DNA of 64,000 nucleotides from Candidatus Competibacteraceae bacterium (GTDB lineage Bacteria; Pseudomonadota; Gammaproteobacteria; Competibacterales; Competibacteraceae): assembly GCA_027492875.1 (NCBI GenBank), contig JAPUDV010000078.1, positions 665-64,664 of the forward strand, written 5' to 3'. The translations under genes and the position numbers were made by a program. Below the pieces are notes generated by a model. It was not told the origin of the DNA, did not search any database, and worked only from the letters and a program-made list of their open reading frames with translations. Of the stretch, positions 1 through 11,317 are shown piece by piece. How positions within the stretch are numbered: position 1 is the first letter of the stretch; every line of letters starts with the position of its first letter.

Positions 1-66
1 ATTCTTCGGCGTTCCGGTCAAATCTTTCGAACGGTCTAGCCGAACCACCCCACCGACCAACCGGAT

Positions 67-843
67 TCAACGGTGTTTGAACGCCGGCGACCGCTTGCCG
101 GCGAAGGCTTCCATCCCTTCCTTCTGATCCTCGGTGGCGAACACGGCATGGAAGGTCCGGCGTTCGAATAACAACCCTTCGGTCAGGGTGGTCTCATAGG
201 CGCGACTGATACATTCCTTCGCCATCATCACGGCGGGCAGCGAATAACCGGCGATGGTCTCGGCGGTTTTGACCGCCTCCTCGATCAGTTCGGCCACCGG
301 CACGATTCGGCTGACCAGTCCAGCCCTTTCGGCCTCCGCGACATCCATCATCCGCCCGGTCAGGCACAGTTCCATCGCCTTGGATTTCCCCACCAACCGC
401 GTCAGGCGCTGGGTGCCGCCGGCCCCCGGTAAAATACCGAGCTTGATTTCCGGCTGGCCGAACTTGGCGTTGTCGGCGGCAAGAATGAAATCGCACATCA
501 TCGCCAGCTCGCAGCCGCCGCCCAGCGCGTAGCCGGCCACCGCCGCGATCACCGGCTTGCGGCAGCGGCTGACCCGCTCCCAGTTGCGGGTGATGAAATT
601 ACCTTTATAGGCATCCATGTAGGAATAGTCCTTCATGCCCTTGATATCGGCGCCGGCGGCGAACACTTTCTCGCCACCGGTCAGCACGATGGCGCGAACG
701 GATTCGTCCGCCTCGATCACGTCCAGCGCCTGGGTCAGCTCCTCCATGAGATCGTCGGACAGGGCGTTAAAGGCTTTGGGCCGGTTGAGAGTGATCAACG
801 CCACCGGGCCACGGGTTTCGACCCGGAGATTCTGGTAATTCAT
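67..843 (-). CDS. Enoyl-CoA hydratase (crotonase family)
   Basis: FAAGADIKGM and ALGGGCELAMMCD motifs, GQPEIKLGILPGAGGTQRL; GGAGG RBS upstream of ATG at 843. Confidence 0.95.
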   Translation of the reverse strand: MNYQNLRVETRGPVALITLNRPKAFNALSDDLMEELTQALDVIEADESVRAIVLTGGEKVFAAGADIKGMKDYSYMDAYKGNFITRNWERVSRCRKPVIAAVAGYALGGGCELAMMCDFILAADNAKFGQPEIKLGILPGAGGTQRLTRLVGKSKAMELCLTGRMMDVAEAERAGLVSRIVPVAELIEEAVKTAETIAGYSLPAVMMAKECISRAYETTLTEGLLFERRTFHAVFATEDQKEGMEAFAGKRSPAFKHR

Positions 844-1362
844 ATGCACGTCCTCCTTCCTGAACGGTTGTGGGTGGGGGTCGCCGCTATTCTGGCGGAA
901 ACCACCTCGGCACGGCTTGCACGAAAATACCTTGCACGGCCGGCGTTTGGCTGACTCGAACAGTATAAGCCAGAACGGGCGTTCAGGATGGATTCAAGCG
1001 GCGTGGAGGCCGGATGCCACCGAGGCGAAAATCAGGGCGTGGGCGGGCATGACTTGCCGATTTCAACCCGCGTTCGAGCGGGAACTCGATGGCTATTCTT
1101 CTTCTGCCCTTCCCAGGACCAGGGGCCGTCAATCGATCCGACGCTGGTTACCCGCAACGCGCTTTTCGCAATTCTGGCCGGGTCGAGTTGCGCCGGTCGC
1201 GAAAGCATCCCGGGTGATCGAACCCTGACACGGTGGAGAGTGGCGGCAGCTCGCGGCTCGCCGGTTTGTTTGACCCCATTCCGTTTAAATGCGATATTAA
1301 TTAGTTCGACCCTGTTGGGGAATCCCTCCCCTAAACCTTAACCGCAGACTCCTGTTCAAGCA

Positions 1363-3123
1363 ATGAAACGAGATCCGATTAGCCCCTACTTTGACATCAA
1401 AAGCGACGCCGAAGGTCACGAGTACATGGAGGTCTATCTGGAGGGCATCGCGCTGTTGCGGCTGGTCCTCAGCAACAAAGGGACTGCATTTACCGAGGAC
1501 GAGCGGGTGGCCCTGGGGCTGGACGGTCTATTGCCGCCGCAGGTCAACACGCTGGAGCAGCAGGTCGAGCGGGTCTACCGCGGCTTTTTACGCGAGCCCG
1601 ATCCCATCTCCAAGTATCAATACTTGCGCGCCCTGCAGGAGCGCGCCGAAACCTTGTTCTACGCCCTGCTGGAACGGCATCTCGAAGAAATGATGCCGAT
1701 CATCTACACCCCGACCGTGGGGCAAGCGGTACAGCAATTCAGTCATCTCTACCAGAATCCGCGCGGGATATCATTCTCGCCGCTCAACATCGACCGCGCC
1801 GCCCGAGTGGTTCGCAATTTCCCTTGGAACGATGTGCGGATGATCGTCGCCACCGACTCCTCGGCCATCCTCGGCATCGGCGATCAGGGCTACGGCGGTT
1901 TGGCCATCGCCATCGGCAAGCTGGCCCTCTACACCATCGGTGGCGGCGTCGATCCTTTCCATACCATGCCGGTCAAGCTGGATGTCGGCACCGACCGGCT
2001 GGAGTTGCTGAACGACGAGTTCTATCTGGGCGTCAGGCAGCGGCGGTTGCGCGGCGAGCGCTATCTGGCGTTTTTGGATAAGTTCGTCAAGGCCATCCAC
2101 GATCGCTGGCCGCGCGCCATCATCCAATGGGAAGACCTGGCCAAGGACGTGGCGTTTGCGGTCCTGGAACGCTACCGCAAGCAGATCCCCTCCTTCAACG
2201 ACGATATTCAGGGTACCGGCGCGGTGGCGCTGGCGGGCATGTTGTCGGCCAGCCGGCTCAAGGGCGAGTCGCTGCGCGACCAACGCATCGTGATCCATGG
2301 CGCCGGCGCCGGCGGCGCCGGCGTGGCCTGGGCCATCACCGAAGGGTTGATCCGCGAGGGGCTAAGTCGCGAGGAGGCGCGCGACCGCGTCTGCGTGCTC
2401 GATTCGCGCGGCCTGCTGGTGGAAGGGCGCAACGTGGAAGCGTACAAGCAATGTTACGTGCAGCCCCGTGAGAAGGTGGCAAACTGGCAGATTGCCAACG
2501 AAATTCCGACCCTGCTGGAAACCATCGAACACACCAAGGCCACCGCCTTGTTGGGATTGAGCGGCCAGGCCGGCTCCTTCAACCACCCGATAGTGCAGGC
2601 GATGGCCCGCAACTCCCCACGCCCGATCATCTTCCCGCTGTCCAACCCCACTTCGGCCTGCGAGGCCCTGCCGCAGGATATCCTGGACTGGAGCGAGGGT
2701 CGGGCGTTCATCGCCACTGGCAGCCCCTTCCCCGATGTGGTCTGCGACGGCCAAACGCATCATGTCGGCCAAGGCAACAACGCCTTCATTTTCCCCGGCC
2801 TGGGTTTCGGCGCCATCCTGGCCGAATGCCGGGAGATCACCGATAGCATGGTGCTGGAAGCCGCCTACGCATTGGCTGAATATACTGCGGCGGCGCATCT
2901 GAAATCCGGCCGGGTCTACCCGCCGGTGAGCGAGTTGCGCGAGGTCAGCATCCGCGTTGCGGTGCGAGTGATCGAGCAGTCGTTGAGGGAAGGCGTGGCC
3001 GGCAAGACCGATCTGGCCGGGCGCGATCTCGATACCTACCTGCGCGCGCGGTTCTGGAAGCCGCGCTACCTACCGATCGTGCGTGGCGACCACACCGCGA
3101 TGATCGATCATCCCGGTTACTAA
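1363..3123 (+). CDS. maeA: NAD-dependent malic enzyme
   Basis: YTPTVG, IVATDSSAILGIGDQG, FNDDIQGTGAV, GAGGAG, PLSNPTS and GQGNNAFIFPGLG motifs; 586 aa. Confidence 0.95.
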   Translation: MKRDPISPYFDIKSDAEGHEYMEVYLEGIALLRLVLSNKGTAFTEDERVALGLDGLLPPQVNTLEQQVERVYRGFLREPDPISKYQYLRALQERAETLFYALLERHLEEMMPIIYTPTVGQAVQQFSHLYQNPRGISFSPLNIDRAARVVRNFPWNDVRMIVATDSSAILGIGDQGYGGLAIAIGKLALYTIGGGVDPFHTMPVKLDVGTDRLELLNDEFYLGVRQRRLRGERYLAFLDKFVKAIHDRWPRAIIQWEDLAKDVAFAVLERYRKQIPSFNDDIQGTGAVALAGMLSASRLKGESLRDQRIVIHGAGAGGAGVAWAITEGLIREGLSREEARDRVCVLDSRGLLVEGRNVEAYKQCYVQPREKVANWQIANEIPTLLETIEHTKATALLGLSGQAGSFNHPIVQAMARNSPRPIIFPLSNPTSACEALPQDILDWSEGRAFIATGSPFPDVVCDGQTHHVGQGNNAFIFPGLGFGAILAECREITDSMVLEAAYALAEYTAAAHLKSGRVYPPVSELREVSIRVAVRVIEQSLREGVAGKTDLAGRDLDTYLRARFWKPRYLPIVRGDHTAMIDHPGY

Positions 3124-3142
3124 CCGAAAGTCGCTCGCTCAT

Positions 3143-3187
3143 CCCGGCGCGGGTTGTGGCGGATCCAGCCCGCCTTCCCGCGCTGGG
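3143..3187. terminator. GC-rich stem-loop between convergent maeA and the PEGA gene (possible bidirectional terminator)
   Basis: CCCGGCGCGGG (3143-3153) pairs with CCCGCGCTGGG (3177-3187); inner GGCGG/CCGCC stem; no clear U-tract. Confidence 0.4.
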
Positions 3188-3208
3188 GCGAGACGGGCTT
3201 CCGTCGCG

Positions 3209-5631
<2,423 letters not shown>

Positions 5632-5635
<4 letters not shown>

Positions 5636-7584
5636 GGCTCCAGCACCAACCGGAATCCCAGGTCGAATTTCCCGTATTGAGGGGAAGCGGGAAACCGATA
5701 GGCGAACCGCACCAGGCCCGGATAATCCGACCACGACCCGCCCCGCAACATCCGGCGCCCTCCCGCCGCAGCGTTCTGATCGGCGCACCGTGCCTCGCCG
5801 CCCGCGTAGGCGCTATCGTAATCGGAACAGGTCCATTCGGCGGCGTTACCCAGCATGTCGTGCAGACCGAACGCGTTGGCTTCGTACTTGCCCACCGGAG
5901 CAGCCACGGCCTGGCCATCGTCGCAAGGATAATTAGCCCAGTTGAATTGCAGGGCTTTCTTGGCGGTTGCATCGTAGATATTGGCGTAACGGCACGCCCG
6001 ATTCGGGTCTTCCCCCCAGTCGCGGGAAAGCGTCTTGCCGGCGCGCGCCGCATACTCCCATTCCGCCTCGGTCGGCAGGCGGATTCGCAGGCCGGTTTTC
6101 TCCGATAGCCAGCCGGCGTAGGTGGCCGCATCCTGCCACTTGACCCGCACTACCGGCTGCTCGGGCGCGTTCAGATCATGGGTATCGTAGCTACCACTGT
6201 CGTGATTGGCGTCAAAACGCCGGTACTGATTGTTGGTGACCTCAAATTTACCCATCCAGAAACCCTTGAGACAAACCTGATGCGGCACTTCGTTGGCGCT
6301 GCGATCCTTTTCGGTTTCCGGGCTGCCCATGCCGAAACAACCAGGCGGAACCCAGACAAACGCCATGTCGATCTTGGGCTCGATGTAGATTTGGCCGGAT
6401 CGCGGATTGGCCGGTGGCCCCGATTCGACGACCGGCGGCGGCGGTGGCTTGGAAGTTGAATTGCCCGGTGCCGGTGGCCCCGTCAGCCAATACGCGACCC
6501 CGCCACCCACCGCCGCCACGATCGTCAGAATTCCGATTCCCCAACGCCATCTCGCCCGTGGAGGATGCGCCGGCGGCTGTTTCGGATCCGGCTCGACGAT
6601 CGCCGGGCGGGGCTTCCCGCCGCTGCGATGCAAATCGGAACGCAACGGCAACTCCAGTTTGACCGTGCGCTCGCCGCTGTCTTCCGGCTGAGCCTCCAGC
6701 GCCACCCGCATTTGCTCGATCGATTGGAATCGCCTTTCTGGCCGAACCGCCATGGCCCGGTCGATCAGCCGCAGTAAAGCGGGGTTGTACCGCCCGGCCG
6801 CAGCTTCCTCCGCGGGACGCAGCGGATCGTCGAGCACGCGCGCCGGCGCCTCGATCGGCGCGGCGCCAGTTACGCAGTGATATAAAACCGCCCCCAGGGC
6901 GTAAATATCGGTCCACGGGCCGTAACCCTTTCCGTCGACCAGATATTGCTCGATCGGCGAGTAACCCGGCGAGAACACGCTGGTTACGCTCTTGCTGCGT
7001 CGGCCCAGCGCCTGACGGGCCGCGCCGAAGTCGATCAGGATCGTGCGGTTGTCCGAGCGGAGGTAAAGATTGGCGGGCTTGAGGTCGCGATGCAGGTAGC
7101 CCTGGTCGTGCACCGCCTTCAGGGCCGGCAACACATCGTCGGTCAAGCGGCGGATCTGCTCTTCCGACAGGGTCTTTTCCCGCTGCAGGAGCTGGCTGAG
7201 CGCTTCGCCGTCCTCGTAGTCCATCACGATATAGGCGGTGCCATTCTCCTCGAAGAAGTCGCGCACCCGCACCACGCCGGGATGGTTGACCTTGGCCAGG
7301 ATCCGGGCCTCGTTGAGGAACCGCTCCAGGCCCCAGGCGTAGCAGGCTTCCTCGCCGACCTCGGAGGTCGGCAGCGTCCCTTGGGTGTTGGCCAGGACGT
7401 TGATATCGTTGCGGTCCCGGTAGGACCATTCCACCGGGAAATATTCCTTAACCGCCGCCCGGGTTTGCAGCGCCTCGTGCACGGCCATGTAGGTGATTCC
7501 AAATCCACCCGCGCCCAGCACCGCTTCGACGCGATACTGATGCAGGCGATAACCGACGGGCAGTGTGTTGGATTTCTTGGTCAT
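5632..7584 (-). CDS. Hanks-type Ser/Thr kinase with TM helix and C-terminal FGE-sulfatase (SUMF1-like) domain
   Basis: LGAGGFGITY, AVKE, HRDLKPAN and IDFGAA intact; TM WGIGILTIVAAVGGGVAYW; LPTEAEWEYAARAG, NAFGLHDMLGNAAEW, RGGSW...GFRLV. Confidence 0.92.
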
Positions 7585-7686
7585 GGCATCCTATCGTGGT
7601 ATCGGCGTGCGCCTTCAGGCGCTTTCGCGCAGGGCCGCGCGACCGCTCCGAACATTCCAAAAACCCCAAAAACGAACTGGACGGCC

Positions 7687-8610
7687 TTATTCGGACCCGC
7701 CGCTTTCCGCAGACGATTTTACCTGTCCCCGCCGCAAAGGCACACTGGATTCATGTTCCAGCAGACCAATAGCCTGCTCGTACTCCTGGGCTTGAACGTG
7801 CTGGCCGGTGTGCCGGACGATGGTTCGAGCCCGCCGGTAAAGCTCCAGCGCGGCGCGCGGATCGTCCTGTTCCTGGCGCACCCGCGCCAGCAGGGCCAGA
7901 TCGTGCGCCAGACCGGGCAGGTTTTCGGCTTCCCGATCCAGGTCGATGGCTTCCACGAGAGAGGCCTCGGCCTGGCGAATCTCACCAGCCCACAGCGCCA
8001 GGCTGGCCCGGTTGGCCAGCGTCGCCGCCAGCAACCGCTTTTCCCCGCTGAAACGCGCCAATGCCTCGGCCTCGTCCAAGAATCGCCGCGTTTCGCCCGA
8101 TTGCCCCAAGCCCTTGTAAGCCAACCCCAAACCGTTCAGCGCCGCCAGCATGGCGACATTGTCCCGCCGCTCGCGCCCCTCGTCCAGCGCGTGCTGAAAT
8201 TCCGTCCGCGCGGCCGCAAACCGGCCGCGCCGCAACTCGAGTTCCGCGAGACCCAGACGCGCCTGCGATTGGCTTGCCCGATCCGGCAGCGCCGCCGCTG
8301 CCCGCAGCGCCCCGCGCAAGCTCCGCTCCGCCAGCGGCCACTCGCCCAACGCCAGAGCGATCGCGCCCACATTCAGAGTCTGCGCCACGATCGCCGGACG
8401 GTCGTCGGCAATTTCGGCTCGGCGCAGGCTGTCCTGGAACCCCTGCAAGGCCTGCGGCAACTCGCCTCTCGCATAGTAGCGCAGCGCCCGTTCCTCACTG
8501 TGCTGGTACTGCGACTGCAACGGGGTCAGCGCCGGACCGCCGCAGGCCGCCAGTCCCGCCAACAGTCCGACCCCCAGCAACGCCTCGCCCCGGCCGCGTC
8601 TCAGCGCCAT
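7687..8610 (-). CDS. Tetratricopeptide-repeat lipoprotein
   Basis: Lipobox LAAC after a hydrophobic segment; repeated TPR-like helices (ALNGLGLAYKGLG, LANRASLAL, LAHDLALLARV). Confidence 0.8.
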   Translation of the reverse strand: MALRRGRGEALLGVGLLAGLAACGGPALTPLQSQYQHSEERALRYYARGELPQALQGFQDSLRRAEIADDRPAIVAQTLNVGAIALALGEWPLAERSLRGALRAAAALPDRASQSQARLGLAELELRRGRFAAARTEFQHALDEGRERRDNVAMLAALNGLGLAYKGLGQSGETRRFLDEAEALARFSGEKRLLAATLANRASLALWAGEIRQAEASLVEAIDLDREAENLPGLAHDLALLARVRQEQDDPRAALELYRRARTIVRHTGQHVQAQEYEQAIGLLEHESSVPLRRGQVKSSAESGGSE

Positions 8611-8648
8611 GCTCGCACTCCGCTGGTCATCGCACGTTCGCCCGGCCG

Positions 8649-9764
8649 CTAGGGGGGTGGCGCGGCGGGTGTGGACCCTTCGATATCCCGGGGCGCCTCC
8701 AGCAGGCGCCGACCCGGTTCCACCGGACTCAGGGTTCGAAACAGCGCGCTGCGCTTGATCCCGCCGACCATGTCATCCATATCCTCGGCCACCAGCCGGC
8801 TTTTGTCGATCAATCCGGGCACCTGCCCGCTGGCCTCGGCCAACTTCGCCGTCGTCCGTTCGGTCTGTTGCAGGATCCGCTCGATCTGCTGGCCGTAAGC
8901 CGGCAGCCGGTCGGCCAGCTTCTCCAGTCCCGCCAGCACCGCTCGCAGTTTGTGCGCGCTCGCCACCATATCGCGGGAGAGCGGACTGTCGCTGTCGGTC
9001 ATGCCGCCGAGCACCCCCTGACCTTCGCGGATCCGCGCGCCGACCGCAGCCAAATCCGCGGCCGAGCGGTTCGCTTCCCGACTGACGGCCGTCAGTTCCC
9101 GCAGCAGAGGGCCCAGTTGCCCGCTCAGTTCGGCCGCATCGCGCAGGACGCCATCGATTCGTTGCAGGTAGCCGGACAGTCGGGTCGAAAATTCCTGTGT
9201 GACCCGGGCGAAAGCATCCAGTGTTCCCAGCAACCCGCCCTCGGGTTTCCTGAGTGCATCGGTGATGGCTCTGACGTTGGTCAGCACGGCGGAAACCTGG
9301 ACCAATTGCTCCTGGGCCTGCCGCAGCAACATGTCCAGATCGGGCGCACGCAGAAAAGGGATTTTTTCGCCATCCCGCAATACCGGCCGCGCGGGATCCC
9401 CCATGTTGATTTCGATGTGGGCGTTACCCAGCAGGTCGGTTTTGACCTGGGCGGACGAATCCCCGCGGATGCGCGGCTGGTATTCCTGATCGAGAATCAG
9501 TTCGATGCGAATCTGGTTGTAATCGGTGATCGTCAGATCGCGCACCTCGCCGACCTTCAGCCCCGCCAGCGTGATCGGAGTGGTTCTCTGGATATTCTTG
9601 ACGTTGTCGAGAACCCCGTGCAAACGGTAGGTCTGACTGAAAAACCCGAACTGGCGGTTGGTCATCCACAGCATGGCGAACAGCACGCTCAGCGTGGCCA
9701 GAACCAGCAATCCCACCGAACGCTGGTAGAATCGGTAGCGGGCGCTGATCAAGGTCTCAAGCAT
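8649..9764 (-). CDS. MlaD/MCE-family protein with long helical C-terminal region
   Basis: N-terminal TM; PITLAGLKVGEVRDL and DSSAQVKTDLLGNAHIEI MCE motifs; start overlaps the ATPase stop. Confidence 0.88.
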   Translation of the reverse strand: MLETLISARYRFYQRSVGLLVLATLSVLFAMLWMTNRQFGFFSQTYRLHGVLDNVKNIQRTTPITLAGLKVGEVRDLTITDYNQIRIELILDQEYQPRIRGDSSAQVKTDLLGNAHIEINMGDPARPVLRDGEKIPFLRAPDLDMLLRQAQEQLVQVSAVLTNVRAITDALRKPEGGLLGTLDAFARVTQEFSTRLSGYLQRIDGVLRDAAELSGQLGPLLRELTAVSREANRSAADLAAVGARIREGQGVLGGMTDSDSPLSRDMVASAHKLRAVLAGLEKLADRLPAYGQQIERILQQTERTTAKLAEASGQVPGLIDKSRLVAEDMDDMVGGIKRSALFRTLSPVEPGRRLLEAPRDIEGSTPAAPPP

Positions 9765-10494
9765 GATCGAAACGCGCGAAGCGTCTGACCAGGGCATCCG
9801 GATGCCCGGCGAGATCCCCGGCCCTGTCCGCCGCCAGCAAAGTCCCCTGGTCCATGACCAGCAGGCGCGACTCCGGACCTACCGGCAGCGCCCGAGGGCC
9901 GGCATCGACCATGATCGTCATCTGCATCGGCGCGACCACCTCTTCGAAAAACGCCCACACACCGTAGCCCGCCACCAGGGTTTCCTGCGGCAGATAAGCG
10001 CTGACCAACAGCAGCCCAGGCTTGATGACCAGCGCCCGCAGCAAGCCGATCCAGCTACTTTCCAGCGGCGACAGCTCGCTGGCCTGTCGCGCCAGAATCG
10101 CCGGCGACAACCGGCAGGATTCCACGAAAGCCGTCACATAACCCTCGACCTCGCCGTCCGGCGCCAAACGGTGGTAACGCACCAGCAGCGCCAGATTTTC
10201 AAACACGCTCCAGGCCGGCACCAGACCGGCATGCTCCAGCACCACCCCAATCCGGCCGCGCAGGCGGGCTCGGGCGCGCGGCCACATCCGCTCCACGGCC
10301 TGTCCGAACAGTTCGATGCGACCGGTTCGGGGCGCGGCCAGGCCGGCGATGGTACGGATCAACTCGCGCCGGCCCGAACCGACCGCGCCCACCAGCATCC
10401 AGGTCTCGCCCGCCATGGCCCGAAAATCGAAAGGACGCGGCGGCGGCGACAGGTCCAGCCCCAAACCGCGCAACCACACCCGCCCCTCAGCCAT
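9757..10494 (-). CDS. MlaF-like ABC ATP-binding subunit with degenerate catalytic motifs
   Basis: ABC-fold context (G.IELFG, RIGVVLE...L.P..SVFENL) between mlaE- and mlaD-like genes; Walker A GAVGSGRRE, signature LSPLE, Walker B LLLVSA. Confidence 0.8.
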   Translation of the reverse strand: MAEGRVWLRGLGLDLSPPPRPFDFRAMAGETWMLVGAVGSGRRELIRTIAGLAAPRTGRIELFGQAVERMWPRARARLRGRIGVVLEHAGLVPAWSVFENLALLVRYHRLAPDGEVEGYVTAFVESCRLSPAILARQASELSPLESSWIGLLRALVIKPGLLLVSAYLPQETLVAGYGVWAFFEEVVAPMQMTIMVDAGPRALPVGPESRLLVMDQGTLLAADRAGDLAGHPDALVRRFARFDHA

Positions 10495-11290
10495 AACGCA
10501 GCAGCGAAACCAGCAGGGTGATGATCAGGCAACCGATGAAGGACTGCGCGAACGCGCTGGGCAGCGCCCGGGGGATATCCACATAAGCCCGGACCTGAAA
10601 AGCGCGTTGGGTCTGCACCAGGACAATGTGGATGCCTTGCGCGACCACCATGCCGCCGGTCAGCACCAGCGATCCGTAGCTCAGCCCCGAAACGCAAACC
10701 CGGAAAAAAACCGACGGCGGGATGTTCTGATAGACGCTCAGCATGACCCCCGCTCCGACGGTCACTCCGACACTCAGCCAGAAGGTCAACACCAGCAGCG
10801 ACAGCACCACGCCGATCAGGCGGGGCAGCACGAAAAAACCATACGGGTTGATGCCCATCGCGGCCAAATGCTCGATGGCCTGATTCGCCTTGAGTTCGCC
10901 CAACTCGGCAGTGATGGCCGCGCCCGACAGCCCCGCCACGAACAGGCTCGCCAGAATGGGATCAAGCTGATGATACATCATGATATGCATGATGCGTCCC
11001 AGCAACCGGGGGTCGCGAATGCCGAACACGATCAGCGGCAAGGCGACCAGAGCGCCAATGATCAGGCCAACGACAGTGAAGATATACGCTCTTTGCACCG
11101 CCGTGAAATAGATCTGTTGCAAGGTATGCCCGAGCAGAAACCGCCCCTGTCCCCGCGTGATCAGACCGGCGCTGACCAGCACGATCACCAGGAAATCCAA
11201 CTCCTCCCGCAATCGCGCCAGGGGGCCTGTCACCAATGCGCCCGCACCGTCGACAATCCGCCAGAAATCAGCCCACACGGCGGCTTTCAT
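10487..11290 (-). CDS. MlaE-family ABC permease
   Basis: SGAAITAELGEL...AIEHLAAMGINPYGFFVLPRLIG; multiple TM helices. Confidence 0.88.
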   Translation of the reverse strand: MKAAVWADFWRIVDGAGALVTGPLARLREELDFLVIVLVSAGLITRGQGRFLLGHTLQQIYFTAVQRAYIFTVVGLIIGALVALPLIVFGIRDPRLLGRIMHIMMYHQLDPILASLFVAGLSGAAITAELGELKANQAIEHLAAMGINPYGFFVLPRLIGVVLSLLVLTFWLSVGVTVGAGVMLSVYQNIPPSVFFRVCVSGLSYGSLVLTGGMVVAQGIHIVLVQTQRAFQVRAYVDIPRALPSAFAQSFIGCLIITLLVSLLRYG

Positions 11291-11317
11291 GGTCCCCCGT
11301 TCAGAAGAGCGAAACGC

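Noticed and set aside
908-925. GGCACGGCTTGCA as a sigma54 promoter
   Set aside because: GG-to-GC spacing is 8 nt, not the required 10
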